From NCBI GenBank assembly GCA_963834265.1, contig CAWIAU010000001.1, positions 135,572 to 199,571 of the forward strand: a stretch of 64,000 nt of DNA. The letters run 5' to 3'. Position 1 is the stretch's first letter; each line of letters starts with the position of its first letter. The notes below the pieces were generated by a model. The model did not search any database, had not been told where the DNA came from, and saw nothing but the letters and a program-made list of their open reading frames with translations. The translations under genes were made by a program, and so were the position numbers. Source of the stretch: an uncultured bacterium. GTDB taxonomy: Bacteria > Patescibacteriota > Saccharimonadia > Saccharimonadales > 2-12-FULL-41-12. Shown one piece after another: positions 16,998 through 26,303 of the stretch.

Positions 16998-18284
16998 ATG
17001 AATCCGAAAAAATTAGTGCGGAAAGTTGTCCCGAATACAGCGGTCAAAAGGCTGGAGAAGAGTTATCGCATAGGGCGGGGATTGGCGTGGCAGACACTGT
17101 ACGGCTTTCCGGCGCGCGGCATGAAAGTTATTGCAGTCACCGGTACCAATGGCAAAAGCACCACATGCGCTTATATCAACGAAGTTCTCAAAGCGGCCGG
17201 CTATAAAACAGCTGTGTTAACCACCGTATTTTATGAGGTAGCAGGTAGGCGTACGCCAAATAAAACTCACCAGACAATGGATAAGCAGTCAATCCTGCAA
17301 AGCTTTTTTGCCCGGGCAAGAAAGGTCAATGTTGACAGGGTGATTTTAGAGGTTACAAGCCACGCAATTCATCAGGATCGTATTATGGGTATACCTGTAG
17401 AAATTGCCGTTGTGACCAATCTGACCCCTGAGCATCTGGATTATCACAAGACAATGAAGGAATACGCACGAGTCAAATCATTGCTCCTGCGTGATTACGG
17501 CGCCAAGTGGGCCATTCTGAATGCTGATGACCAGTGGTATGACTATTTCCGGGGCCGTGCCAGGGCAAAAATATTCTCATTCGGGAAGCAGGCGGGAACC
17601 GACGCTCAGATAAAATCAGTCAAACTTGGAGCCAAGGATTCAGAAGCAGTTATCGAAACTGAGCTTAAGAAAATCCCGGTCAAAACCCATCTACTCGGCG
17701 AAGTAAACATATTCAACGCCTCTGCTGCCGCCAGCGTAGGCATCATACTGGGTCTGGAAAGCAAAGTAATTGAGGAGGGCATTGCCAATCTGAAGGGGCT
17801 GGACGGGCGTCTGGAGCCGGTGGAGGCGGGACAGGACTTCACTGTACTGGTGGATTTTGCCGTCACCCCTGATGCGATAGAACAGGTGCTTACATCTCTC
17901 AGGCAAATTGCCCGGGGGCGGGTAATGATTGTATTTGGCGCCACCGGTGATCGCGACAAACCCAAACGGCCTCTGATGGGCGAGGTAGCAGCGCAACTTG
18001 CCGACAAAATTTTCCTGACCGACGACGAAACGTATAGCGAAGATCCTGAGGCCATCCGGCAAGCCGTCTACGAAGGCATCAGGAAAAAGGGGGGCGAAGC
18101 CAAAACCTTCATAATCCCTGACCGTAAAGAAGCTATAGAAGCCGCTTTCCTGAAGGCAAAAGCCGGCGATATTGTATTGCTCACCGGTATAGGCCACGAA
18201 GACCACCGCAACATGGGCGGCAAAAAGATTCCATGGAATGAATTAGAGATAGCCCGAACACTTCTCGAACCCAAAGTGCGATAG
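16998..18284 (+). CDS. murE: Mur ligase family protein, most like UDP-MurNAc-tripeptide synthetase (MurE)
   Basis: 428 aa. P-loop VTGTNGKSTT, middle and C-terminal Mur ligase domains, and LTDDETYSEDP at the position of the MurE DNPR motif. Confidence 0.7.
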   Translation: MNPKKLVRKVVPNTAVKRLEKSYRIGRGLAWQTLYGFPARGMKVIAVTGTNGKSTTCAYINEVLKAAGYKTAVLTTVFYEVAGRRTPNKTHQTMDKQSILQSFFARARKVNVDRVILEVTSHAIHQDRIMGIPVEIAVVTNLTPEHLDYHKTMKEYARVKSLLLRDYGAKWAILNADDQWYDYFRGRARAKIFSFGKQAGTDAQIKSVKLGAKDSEAVIETELKKIPVKTHLLGEVNIFNASAAASVGIILGLESKVIEEGIANLKGLDGRLEPVEAGQDFTVLVDFAVTPDAIEQVLTSLRQIARGRVMIVFGATGDRDKPKRPLMGEVAAQLADKIFLTDDETYSEDPEAIRQAVYEGIRKKGGEAKTFIIPDRKEAIEAAFLKAKAGDIVLLTGIGHEDHRNMGGKKIPWNELEIARTLLEPKVR

Positions 18285-18292
18285 GTGAACGG

Positions 18293-18322
18293 TTGACAGA
18301 ATAGTTGGCACTCGGGTATAGT
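18293..18322 (+). promoter_or_regulatory. groES promoter (TTGACA-18-TATAGT)
   Basis: -35 at 18293-18298 and -10 at 18317-18322, overlapping the CIRCE operator. Confidence 0.6.
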
Positions 18323-18331
18323 GAGTGCTAG
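18305..18331. promoter_or_regulatory. CIRCE operator (HrcA-binding inverted repeat)
   Basis: TTGGCACTC-N9-GAGTGCTAG versus the consensus TTAGCACTC-N9-GAGTGCTAA. A second, degenerate copy TTAGTGCTC-N9-GGGCATTAA lies at 18333-18359. Confidence 0.8.
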
Positions 18332-18401
18332 ATTAGTGCTCATTGCGAGAGGGCATTAACGCTAAAAAAAGTTTAAGATTAATGGAGGTTATTTATAAAT
18401 T

Positions 18402-18695
18402 ATGGCTGTACCTATTCAACCACTAGCCGATTACATTGTAGCCGAAGCCGAAGCTGCGGCTACCAAAACATCCAGCGGGCTCTATTTGCCCGCAGGAGCG
18501 GGTGAAAAACCGAAGACTGCCAAAGTATTAGCGGTAGGGCCCGGAAAAGTCGGTGATGATAACGAGCGGATACCTGTCAGCCTGAAGCCTGGCGACCGAA
18601 TAGTCTACAAAGGCTATAGCACGACCGAGATAAAAGTCGGTGACAAAGAGTACATATTAGTTAAAGAAGAAGACGTTTTGGCTACAGTAAAGTAG
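18402..18695 (+). CDS. groES: Co-chaperonin GroES
   Basis: 97 aa. PLADYIVAEAEAAATKTSSGLYLP...GDRIVYKGYSTTEIKVGDKEYILVKEEDVLA. Confidence 0.93.
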   Translation: MAVPIQPLADYIVAEAEAAATKTSSGLYLPAGAGEKPKTAKVLAVGPGKVGDDNERIPVSLKPGDRIVYKGYSTTEIKVGDKEYILVKEEDVLATVK

Positions 18696-18842
18696 CCAAT
18701 TAGCGATTCACTATGAACGATTTGCAAACCATTCACAACTGGCAATTAGCTTTTGAACCCCCATGGTTCATTGCTAAACGCTAGTTCATCGTTCATAGCC
18801 AATGGCAAATTAATAATCTAACTACAAAGGAGTTTGAAAAAC

Positions 18843-20492
18843 ATGGCAAAGAAAGTATTTTACGATGATGATGCCCGCAAGCGCGTACTGGGCGGGGCAG
18901 AGATTCTATATAACGCAGTCAAAACGACTATGGGTCCCAAAGGGCGCAACGTGGTGCTCAGTAAGAGCTACGGCAACCCTACTGTGACTCATGATGGTGT
19001 GACAGTAGCTAAAGGCGTGGACATCGCTGATGTCGACGACGAAACGCTAGGCTACAAAGTCGGTGCCGAACTTATCAAACAAGCTGCCAACAAGATGAAT
19101 GATGTTGCCGGAGATGGTACGACCACCGTAACTGTGCTGACCTATCACATTCTGAATGAGGCCAACAAGCTGATCGCTGCCGGCCACAACCCAATGCTTC
19201 TGCGAAAGGGCCTGGAACAGGCCGCCCACGACGTACTGACACAGCTCGGTACTCTGACTGAAGACATCAAAGGTGACAAAAAGCGCGTGGCCGAAGTAGC
19301 CACTATCTCTGCCGGTGACCCTGCCATCGGTGCTCTTATCGCTGATGTCATCGACAAAGTTGGCAAAGACGGCGTTGTGACTGTCGAAGAAGGCCAGGGA
19401 CTGTCCCTGGAAAGTGAAGTGGTTGAGGGTTTCACGATGGACCGCGGCTTCATCAGCCCGTACATGGTGACTGATACTGCCCGCATGGAAGCTGTCATCG
19501 ACAAGCCGGCCATCGTAATTACTGACAAGAAGATCAGCAGCGCGCAGGATTTCCTGCCTTTGCTAGAAAAATTAGCCCAGACCGGCAAAAAAGACCTGTT
19601 GATCATTGCTGAAGATGTGGAAGGCGAAGTGCTTGGTGTATTGGTGCTCAACAAATTGAAAGGTGTGCTGAACGCCGTTGCTGTCAAGGCTCCGGCATTT
19701 GGTGATCGCCGTAAAGATACACTCGAAGATATTGCCACACTAACTGGTGGGCAGGTTGTGACCGAAGACCGCGGTATGACATTCGAGAACGTTGATCTTG
19801 ACGTGGTAGGTTCGGCCCGTAAGGTGATTGTAACCAAGGACGAAACGACAATTATCGAGGGTGCCGGCCCGGCAGCAGCCGTCAAAGCCCGCATAGCTCA
19901 GATCAACACTCAGGCCAAAGCCGCCAGCTCATCCTACGACAAAGAGAATCTCCAAAAGCGCCGCGCCGCCTTGTCCGGCAAAGTCGCCGTCATCAAAGTC
20001 GGTGGCGCTACCGAAACCGAAATAGAAGAGAAAAAATTCCGTGTTGATGACGCCGTAGCTGCTGTCAAAGCTGCTCTGGACGAAGGTATCGTATCGGGTG
20101 GTGGCGTTACACTGATTAATCTGGCATCGCTTATCAAGGCAGATGGCAACGATTCAGCAGCAGCCGGCGCATCCATACTGCGCAAGGCACTCGGCCAACC
20201 ATTCAGAATCCTGTTGGAAAATTCCGGTCTTAACCCGGATGAATGGCTGCCGCAGATAAAAAAGGCCAAACCCGGCCAAGGTGTAGATGTTAATAATCCG
20301 ACCAAACTAGTAGATCTCAAATCGGCCGGTGTTATTGACCCGGCCCGTGTTACCAAGGAAGCTATCCAGAATGCGGCCAGCATCGCCGGTACCGCCATCA
20401 CAATGGGCGCGCTAGTCGTAGAAGTCCCAGAGCCAAAATCTGCAGCTCCCGACATGTCGGGCATGGGCGGCGGTGGCATGATGGGCATGTAG
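18843..20492 (+). CDS. groEL: Chaperonin GroEL
   Basis: MAKKVFYDDDARKRVLGG...AGDGTTTVTVL..., with a C-terminal GGM-type tail. The start is moved to ATG 18843, which has an AAAGGAG RBS. Confidence 0.96.
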   Translation: MAKKVFYDDDARKRVLGGAEILYNAVKTTMGPKGRNVVLSKSYGNPTVTHDGVTVAKGVDIADVDDETLGYKVGAELIKQAANKMNDVAGDGTTTVTVLTYHILNEANKLIAAGHNPMLLRKGLEQAAHDVLTQLGTLTEDIKGDKKRVAEVATISAGDPAIGALIADVIDKVGKDGVVTVEEGQGLSLESEVVEGFTMDRGFISPYMVTDTARMEAVIDKPAIVITDKKISSAQDFLPLLEKLAQTGKKDLLIIAEDVEGEVLGVLVLNKLKGVLNAVAVKAPAFGDRRKDTLEDIATLTGGQVVTEDRGMTFENVDLDVVGSARKVIVTKDETTIIEGAGPAAAVKARIAQINTQAKAASSSYDKENLQKRRAALSGKVAVIKVGGATETEIEEKKFRVDDAVAAVKAALDEGIVSGGGVTLINLASLIKADGNDSAAAGASILRKALGQPFRILLENSGLNPDEWLPQIKKAKPGQGVDVNNPTKLVDLKSAGVIDPARVTKEAIQNAASIAGTAITMGALVVEVPEPKSAAPDMSGMGGGGMMGM

Positions 20493-20496
20493 CATA

Positions 20497-20523
20497 ATGA
20501 GAGGAGGTGATTCCTCCTCTCAT
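20497..20523 (+). terminator. groEL terminator hairpin
   Basis: 11-bp perfect stem atgagaggagg / cctcctctcat with loop tgatt. A second hairpin aaaacgactc..gagtcgtttt follows about 70 nt downstream. Confidence 0.6.
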
Positions 20524-20696
20524 CGTTGCCGGGTGCCGAAATGAATTCGCCACTTGGACTGCTCTCCTCCCAAAAATGAGAAAACGACTCCCGAAATAAA
20601 TTCGAAGAGTCGTTTTGCATACATTTGCAACTTGCTTTCTATATTTAATATAAAGCAAACAAATGTAAGTGCTCAAAAACAAGAATTTAAATACGT

Positions 20697-21455
20697 CTAT
20701 GCTTGGGGTCCAGTAACCTGTTGTAGGGTTGCCATAGCTTGTTCCAAGAGAGCTGCATACTCTTCAGGAGTATCGTATACTGTTCCTGTCCGCCTCTCAT
20801 TGTGTCCAGTTACTAATCCATCATGGACAACAGGAGTAACCGCAAAGCTTGCGACCTCGAAATATGGGTCGGCATTAGAGGGTGGAAGCCCTGAGGCTTT
20901 GGCTATTTTTCGGTTTGGCGATTCATCTTGCGTAGCGGGACCGGTTACTATAACATCACTCATTCCGCTAAGTGTAGTTTTATCGCCATATTGCTCAGAA
21001 CTATAAAAAGCCAGCTCAATACATGGAACAACTGAAGTGACCATATCGGTCCTTAGTCCAAGGAATGGCTTTATTTCCAGCAGCTGATCGTTGGGGTCGG
21101 TAACAGAGACTGGGACACCGACGGTAGATTCGTCTACCCCCTTGGTTAGATGGCCGCCATGCGCGCCTAAAAGTCTTCCAGTAGTGTGTACACGGAAAAC
21201 TGTTCCGTTTCTTTCTACAAATCCACTGGGAAATTCATGAAATCCGCGTTCCCTTAAATCTTGGTGTTCATCCAGAAGCTGTTGAAAAGCACCAGTAAGT
21301 TGTTCCCTTGCTTGTATAGCACTTTCTACGCGAGGGTCGCGGTTGCCATTCCTCGGGTCACTAACTTGATTGGCTCCCGCCACAGCGACTGCAGCTAATG
21401 GCGTAGTAATATCGGATTGTCCACCGCTTGGTTTTTCTATTCCTTGGCCTGGCAT
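20697..21455 (-). CDS. Hypothetical protein (about 252 aa)
   Basis: ORF on the minus strand. The start is moved to the ATG at 21455, which has a GGAAG RBS 7 nt upstream. No family recognised. Confidence 0.55.
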   Translation of the reverse strand: MPGQGIEKPSGGQSDITTPLAAVAVAGANQVSDPRNGNRDPRVESAIQAREQLTGAFQQLLDEHQDLRERGFHEFPSGFVERNGTVFRVHTTGRLLGAHGGHLTKGVDESTVGVPVSVTDPNDQLLEIKPFLGLRTDMVTSVVPCIELAFYSSEQYGDKTTLSGMSDVIVTGPATQDESPNRKIAKASGLPPSNADPYFEVASFAVTPVVHDGLVTGHNERRTGTVYDTPEEYAALLEQAMATLQQVTGPQA

Positions 21456-21613
21456 TAGTGTCTTCCTATTTAACGTCAAAAATAGTATCATACTATTATA
21501 ATAATGTCAACCCAACTGATGTCTTTTTTATAATTATCTCTTGTTTGGTGGAGATAATCGTGTTATTATCTCCAGTAGATTAGTGATAAACATAAAAACT
21601 AAGGAATAAATAC

Positions 21614-22744
21614 ATGGTAGATAGAACTATTGAACCGCAACTGAGAAATAAACTTGGGAAAGGGCGGGTACTGGTAATTTATGGACCGCGGCGGGTGGGC
21701 AAGACTACCTTGGCCCGGAAATTGCTTGGTGAAGCGCCCAAAGGCGAGCAGCTGTATTTGAACTGTGATGAGTTGGCTACACAGGACGCGCTGAAGCCTA
21801 CGAGTCTGGCTTCTCTGGAGCGGGCTATCGGCAGTGCTAAGCGTATTGTTATCGACGAGGCCCAGCGGGTAGTGAACATCGGCCTGACGCTCAAACTGCT
21901 GGTTGACGAACATCCGGAGCTGGATATTATCGCCACTGGCTCCTCGTCATTTGATCTGGCCAACAAAATCAAAGAACCTTTGACCGGCCGGAGTTATGAA
22001 TTCTTCCTGCCGCCGCTGTCGGTAGGGGAGATCAAGTCCGGGCTTGGCTACAGCAATATCCAGATGGAAACACTCATCGAGCGATTACTCCGTTTCGGTA
22101 GCTATCCGGGGATTATTCTGGAAGATGAGGCTCAGGCAGCCGAAGAACTAAGCGACATAGCTCAGCGCTATGTATACAAAGACTCAGTCGAACTGCTGGA
22201 ATTGCGCCAACGCCAGCTGTTGCCACCCCTCCTGCAGGCACTGGCCCTAAATATAGGACAGGAAGTGTCTTATAACGAGCTGGGCGTGAAGTTAGGCGTG
22301 AAGCTGGAAACAGTAGAACGTTATATCACGCTACTGGAAGCGGCTTTTATCATCTACCGTGTGTCTGCTCTGACAGGCAAACAGGGCAGCCTGAGCAGTC
22401 GCAAGCGCAAGGTGTATTTCTATGACCTGGGTATCCGGAACGCCCTGATCCAGAGCCTGCAGCCGATGTCGATGCGGTCCGATAAAGCCGCGCTCTGGGA
22501 AAACTTCTGTATGAACGAACGCATGAAGTGGTGGCAGGGACATACAGGGAATCCAGAGCGTTATTACTGGCGGGGTCTCACCGGACAAGTGGATCTGGTT
22601 GAGTCTATCGATAACAAATGGCAGGCCTTTGACTTCCGGTTAGAGGACGAGAAAGTACGCGTCCCCAAATATTTCACCGAAACATATCCCTCCACTACCC
22701 ACGAAGTAGTTCATCCCAAAAATTTCTTCGGGTGGTTATCTTAG
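21614..22744 (+). CDS. AAA+ ATPase with C-terminal DUF4143-like domain (COG1373-type)
   Basis: 376 aa. Walker A VIYGPRRVGKTTL and Walker B RIVIDEAQ. The C-terminal half has the typical DUF4143 layout. Confidence 0.75.
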   Translation: MVDRTIEPQLRNKLGKGRVLVIYGPRRVGKTTLARKLLGEAPKGEQLYLNCDELATQDALKPTSLASLERAIGSAKRIVIDEAQRVVNIGLTLKLLVDEHPELDIIATGSSSFDLANKIKEPLTGRSYEFFLPPLSVGEIKSGLGYSNIQMETLIERLLRFGSYPGIILEDEAQAAEELSDIAQRYVYKDSVELLELRQRQLLPPLLQALALNIGQEVSYNELGVKLGVKLETVERYITLLEAAFIIYRVSALTGKQGSLSSRKRKVYFYDLGIRNALIQSLQPMSMRSDKAALWENFCMNERMKWWQGHTGNPERYYWRGLTGQVDLVESIDNKWQAFDFRLEDEKVRVPKYFTETYPSTTHEVVHPKNFFGWLS

Positions 22745-22822
22745 AGTGGAATAAAAAAGTATCTTGCATAAATTGCTATTTTGTAGTACTATTGGTTATT
22801 ATAGACAGCCAAAGGAGTATCA

Positions 22823-23293
22823 ATGGGAATTTTTGACCGGTTTCGCAGAAACAGACAAGATGATAGTGTCCTGCCAGCAGAAGTAAATGAATATTATGAG
22901 ACCGAACAGCGGGATCGTCGGGGTGTAGCAGTATTACTGGGTATTATTACCCTGATTATCACGTTGCTGATAGCTGCCGGCTTGTTCCTTGCCGGCCGTG
23001 CCGTATATCGCAGTGTCACTAAAGATGACAAGCCAAAAACCGTACAAACGGAATCAAAAAATAAAGATGATAAACAAGGTGCCGCGCCCGCTCCGGCGGA
23101 CACCAAACCTACAGGTAATGGTGTTGGTGGGGCCGCAAACGGTGCCGAGCCTAATCCATCAGGCTCCGGTAGCACACCATCCACTCCTTCACCTGCCAGC
23201 CCTGCACCGTCCGGTTCTGCGACAGTTCCGTCTACCGGCGAGGAGCAGACTTCTGAGACCAGTCTGCCGCGTACCGGCGACGATGGAATGTAG
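22823..23293 (+). CDS. Membrane-anchored low-complexity (Pro/Ser/Ala/Gly-rich) protein ending in LPRTG
   Basis: 156 aa with an N-terminal TM (VAVLLGIITLIITLLIAAGLFLAG). The C-terminus is ...SLPRTGDDGM. Confidence 0.55.
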   Translation: MGIFDRFRRNRQDDSVLPAEVNEYYETEQRDRRGVAVLLGIITLIITLLIAAGLFLAGRAVYRSVTKDDKPKTVQTESKNKDDKQGAAPAPADTKPTGNGVGGAANGAEPNPSGSGSTPSTPSPASPAPSGSATVPSTGEEQTSETSLPRTGDDGM

Positions 23294-23398
23294 TAAGTTG
23301 ACGGGGTCCTGTCAGCCGTCCGCCCCTAAGATTTTTTCTGCTTCTGCAGAATAAAGATTTTGGAGCCGCCTCATACTGGTAGTTTTGAAATTCAGGGC

Positions 23399-23899
23399 TT
23401 AGAGGGCCGAAGTTTCTACGTCAGGTTTAGGTTGATGCATGGATGGCGAAGTTCTCTGGGTAAAATAGTTTACTTCGTTAACGATACTGAGCAAAGCTTC
23501 AGCCCGGACCTTTTCGTCGACGATTTTCTCAGCTGACTCAAAAGCTGTTTTGATCAGTGTGTGATCATCGGATGCCTGAATCATGGTCATAGTAAGTCTG
23601 AATTTTTCTTCCGGAGACTGATCCAGTTTATCAACCAGTGGCGAGAGTTGGGCCAGAGCCTGCTGTTTGATCGTTGTGAGGTAATCTTCCTCTCCTGTCG
23701 TAGCGGTGATTGGTGAGGTGCTTTGAATCGGACTGACTATTGCCGGAGTACTGACAGAACCAGAACGAGTGACAGGATTTACTGCCGGACTTCCCGGCGT
23801 TTGCGCACCGTCCGCCAGAGCACTTATACCGTTCATAGGGGTTCCACCTAATGTGGGTACCGGCCTATTATTCTGATCATCATTATCGAACATTACCAC
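23399..23899 (-). CDS. Hypothetical protein (166 aa)
   Basis: ORF with a Pro/Ser/Thr-rich N-terminal half and a helical C-terminal half. No family recognised. Confidence 0.5.
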   Translation of the reverse strand: MVMFDNDDQNNRPVPTLGGTPMNGISALADGAQTPGSPAVNPVTRSGSVSTPAIVSPIQSTSPITATTGEEDYLTTIKQQALAQLSPLVDKLDQSPEEKFRLTMTMIQASDDHTLIKTAFESAEKIVDEKVRAEALLSIVNEVNYFTQRTSPSMHQPKPDVETSAL

Positions 23900-24027
23900 C
23901 CCCTGTTTTGAAATCGGAACAATTTCCCATTATCATTTTTTCAATTTACAATGGTTATAGTAACAAAATTCATAGGTAAACAAAAGCAGTTTACAATATC
24001 AAAATAGAATTTTGAAAGAGGTTTAAT

Positions 24028-25062
24028 ATGCTGGATGATTTGAAAATGATACATAACCGGGATGCTCAGGATTCGCTGGGGATAGCTCAGAAGCAATGGC
24101 AGCAGCTGAAACATGAGTATAATGTAGAACGTATCCCGTATAACGGTTTAGAAAACATTGTTCTGGCAGGTATGGGCGGGTCCGCACTGGCAGCTACGTT
24201 ACTGCATACCTGGCCTGGCCTGAACCTGCCATTTGAAATAGTCCGTGACTACGAGCTACCGGCTTATGTGGGGCCACAGACATTATTTATCGCTTCCAGC
24301 TACTCCGGAAATACCGAGGAAGCTTTGTCGGCTCTGGATGCAGCCGAAGCCAAAGGTGCGCAGATTGTGGTAATCGCCGCAGGCGGGAAGCTGCAGGAGC
24401 GTGCCTCAGCTGCCGGATACCCTTTTTATCAGATTCCGGAAGGTTTCCAGCCCCGCATGGCGGTCTTTTATAATTTTGCCGCGCTCATTCAATTATTTGA
24501 GGCAACGGGCATGATTGCTGAAAAATCGGTTGATAAATTGAATCAGGCCGCCGACTGGCTGGGAACCCGGAGTAACTCACTGCTGGCAGATGTGCCTGTG
24601 GCCCGGAATCCTGCTAAACAGATTGCTCAGGAGCTGATGGGCAGCTCTGTTGTCGTGTACGCCGGACCCAAACTATTCCCTGCGGCCTATAAATGGAAGA
24701 TCAACTTCAACGAAAATTCCAAAACAATCGCCTGGTGCAATGCTATTCCGGAATTCAACCACAATGAGTTCCTGGGCTGGACCAGTCACCCGGTCGATAA
24801 GCCCTACAAGGTAATAGATCTTCGAAGTTCACTGGAACATGTGCGGGTGCTGAAGCGCTTCGAAATTACTGAGCGATTGTTATCAGGCAAGCGGCCGGCA
24901 CCTGAGATTGTACAGGCCGAAGGCGATGACATACTTGAGCATCTGCTCTGGACCATACAGCTGGGCGACTTTGTCAGTCTGTATCTCGCGCTACTAAATG
25001 GCCTCAATCCTACTCCCGTTGAACTGATAGAAAAACTCAAAATCGCTTTAACAACGGATTAA
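24028..25062 (+). CDS. Bifunctional phosphoglucose/phosphomannose isomerase (SIS domain)
   Basis: 344 aa. Contains GMGGSALAA and SYSGNTEE. Length and layout match archaeal-type PGI/PMI. Confidence 0.7.
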   Translation: MLDDLKMIHNRDAQDSLGIAQKQWQQLKHEYNVERIPYNGLENIVLAGMGGSALAATLLHTWPGLNLPFEIVRDYELPAYVGPQTLFIASSYSGNTEEALSALDAAEAKGAQIVVIAAGGKLQERASAAGYPFYQIPEGFQPRMAVFYNFAALIQLFEATGMIAEKSVDKLNQAADWLGTRSNSLLADVPVARNPAKQIAQELMGSSVVVYAGPKLFPAAYKWKINFNENSKTIAWCNAIPEFNHNEFLGWTSHPVDKPYKVIDLRSSLEHVRVLKRFEITERLLSGKRPAPEIVQAEGDDILEHLLWTIQLGDFVSLYLALLNGLNPTPVELIEKLKIALTTD

Positions 25063-25083
25063 AACATCGATTTTACGTGAATA

Positions 25084-26082
25084 CTACAGGCCGAGTACTT
25101 TGAGACCGTTAACTGTCGCTATGTCGGCCAGCACATCCATATCATATATACGCTGGGCTTCCAGCAGGAAATGCAGTTCGGTCCACATGTCACCGTCGTT
25201 GAATGGTTTGTATATATCCTGAGTGTTGTCGGTGCCGATTGCAACTGTCAATCCGGCAGCAATCATTTCTTTGACGGGGGCGATGGCATTATGAATAGGG
25301 CCGATCACATCATGATCACGGGCGGCTACCCAGCTGTTATCTATCCATCCCACCGGGCAGGCGACTACCATAACTCCGGCATCTGCCATCCTTGCGTACA
25401 GGTCTTGCCGATATTCCTTCGGTTGTGCACCGACTGATATGCAATGAACAGCTACCACCTTCCCCTGGTAACCGTGTTCGACGGTTTTTGCCACCAACAG
25501 CTCTGTGTCACGCTGTTCGGGAGAATTAAACTGATCCATATGTGCGTGGATCATTTTGCCGCCGTTCTTTTTTGCAGCTTCGAATAATATGTCGAGGTGT
25601 TCGGCTTCGTGGCCGGCATCTTTTTCGGGCAAACCACCAATTATATCAACAAATTCTGCACCGATTTCAAACCATTTTCGTGCTTCCGGCCCGGTCACGC
25701 CTTTGACTACCTGATTGATGAATTTGATCTCGATACTTCCCTTAAAGGTTTCACGCAATTTTTGAGCAGCTTTAATAGCCTTATCTTCAATCACCGGATC
25801 AACATCGATAAAAGTTCCTAGGGCCTGAGTTCCTTGCCGGCAGAGGTCTTCTACGGTATAAGCCATGTGGCTGTAGATATCATCGACACTGGATTTGGAT
25901 TTCAACTCATCAGGGAAATCCCACTTTTGTTGCAGCGTACCGTTTACAAGTTTGAAATTCTCTTCGTTCAGGATGTAAGCCCGGTCAATATGGGCATGAG
26001 CATTCACCCAGCCGCCCTTACCCTTAATCTTATCAAGCAAAATTTGCTTAGGATTAAAATCGGTATTAATCATGGCGAACAA
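25084..26082 (-). CDS. Amidohydrolase superfamily protein (cytosine deaminase-like)
   Basis: 332 aa. Metal-ligand pattern NAHAHIDR ... HAHMDQ ... VAVHCIS ... IGTDN. Confidence 0.6.
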   Translation of the reverse strand: MFAMINTDFNPKQILLDKIKGKGGWVNAHAHIDRAYILNEENFKLVNGTLQQKWDFPDELKSKSSVDDIYSHMAYTVEDLCRQGTQALGTFIDVDPVIEDKAIKAAQKLRETFKGSIEIKFINQVVKGVTGPEARKWFEIGAEFVDIIGGLPEKDAGHEAEHLDILFEAAKKNGGKMIHAHMDQFNSPEQRDTELLVAKTVEHGYQGKVVAVHCISVGAQPKEYRQDLYARMADAGVMVVACPVGWIDNSWVAARDHDVIGPIHNAIAPVKEMIAAGLTVAIGTDNTQDIYKPFNDGDMWTELHFLLEAQRIYDMDVLADIATVNGLKVLGL

Positions 26083-26176
26083 TGTTACTCCGGTTAGTGT
26101 TTTACTCCAACAATATTAACACTTTACGATACTTTTAGCGGCAAAGCTTTTTATTTTCACTTCTGTATGCTATTAT

Positions 26177-26303
26177 ATGTTTATGGTTTTATTGCAAACT
26201 ACAAATACTAACCGTCGCAGTTCACGTATTCACGGGAACTGTCCTTGTAATTGTTAAAATAAATTGTAAGACTCCAAGACAGCTCCCGTAAGGGAGCTTT
26301 TTT
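26177..26303 (+). promoter_or_regulatory. Candidate Arg-codon leader peptide + terminator/antiterminator attenuator upstream of argH
   Basis: Leader ORF 26177-26257 encodes MFMVLLQTTNTNRRSSRIHGNCPCNC. Segments: 1 = 26217-26223, 2 = 26235-26243, 3 = 26278-26287, 4 = 26292-26298, followed by a T-run. The 1:2, 2:3 and 3:4 pairings are mutually exclusive. Confidence 0.5.

Noticed and set aside
19145-20620. Long minus-strand ORFs (19145-19894, 249 aa; 19934-20620, 228 aa) antisense to groEL
   Set aside because: They lie entirely within the strongly supported groEL frame. Their translations are Ser/Ala/Pro/Thr-rich low-complexity strings typical of antisense shadows, and they have no RBS or homology.
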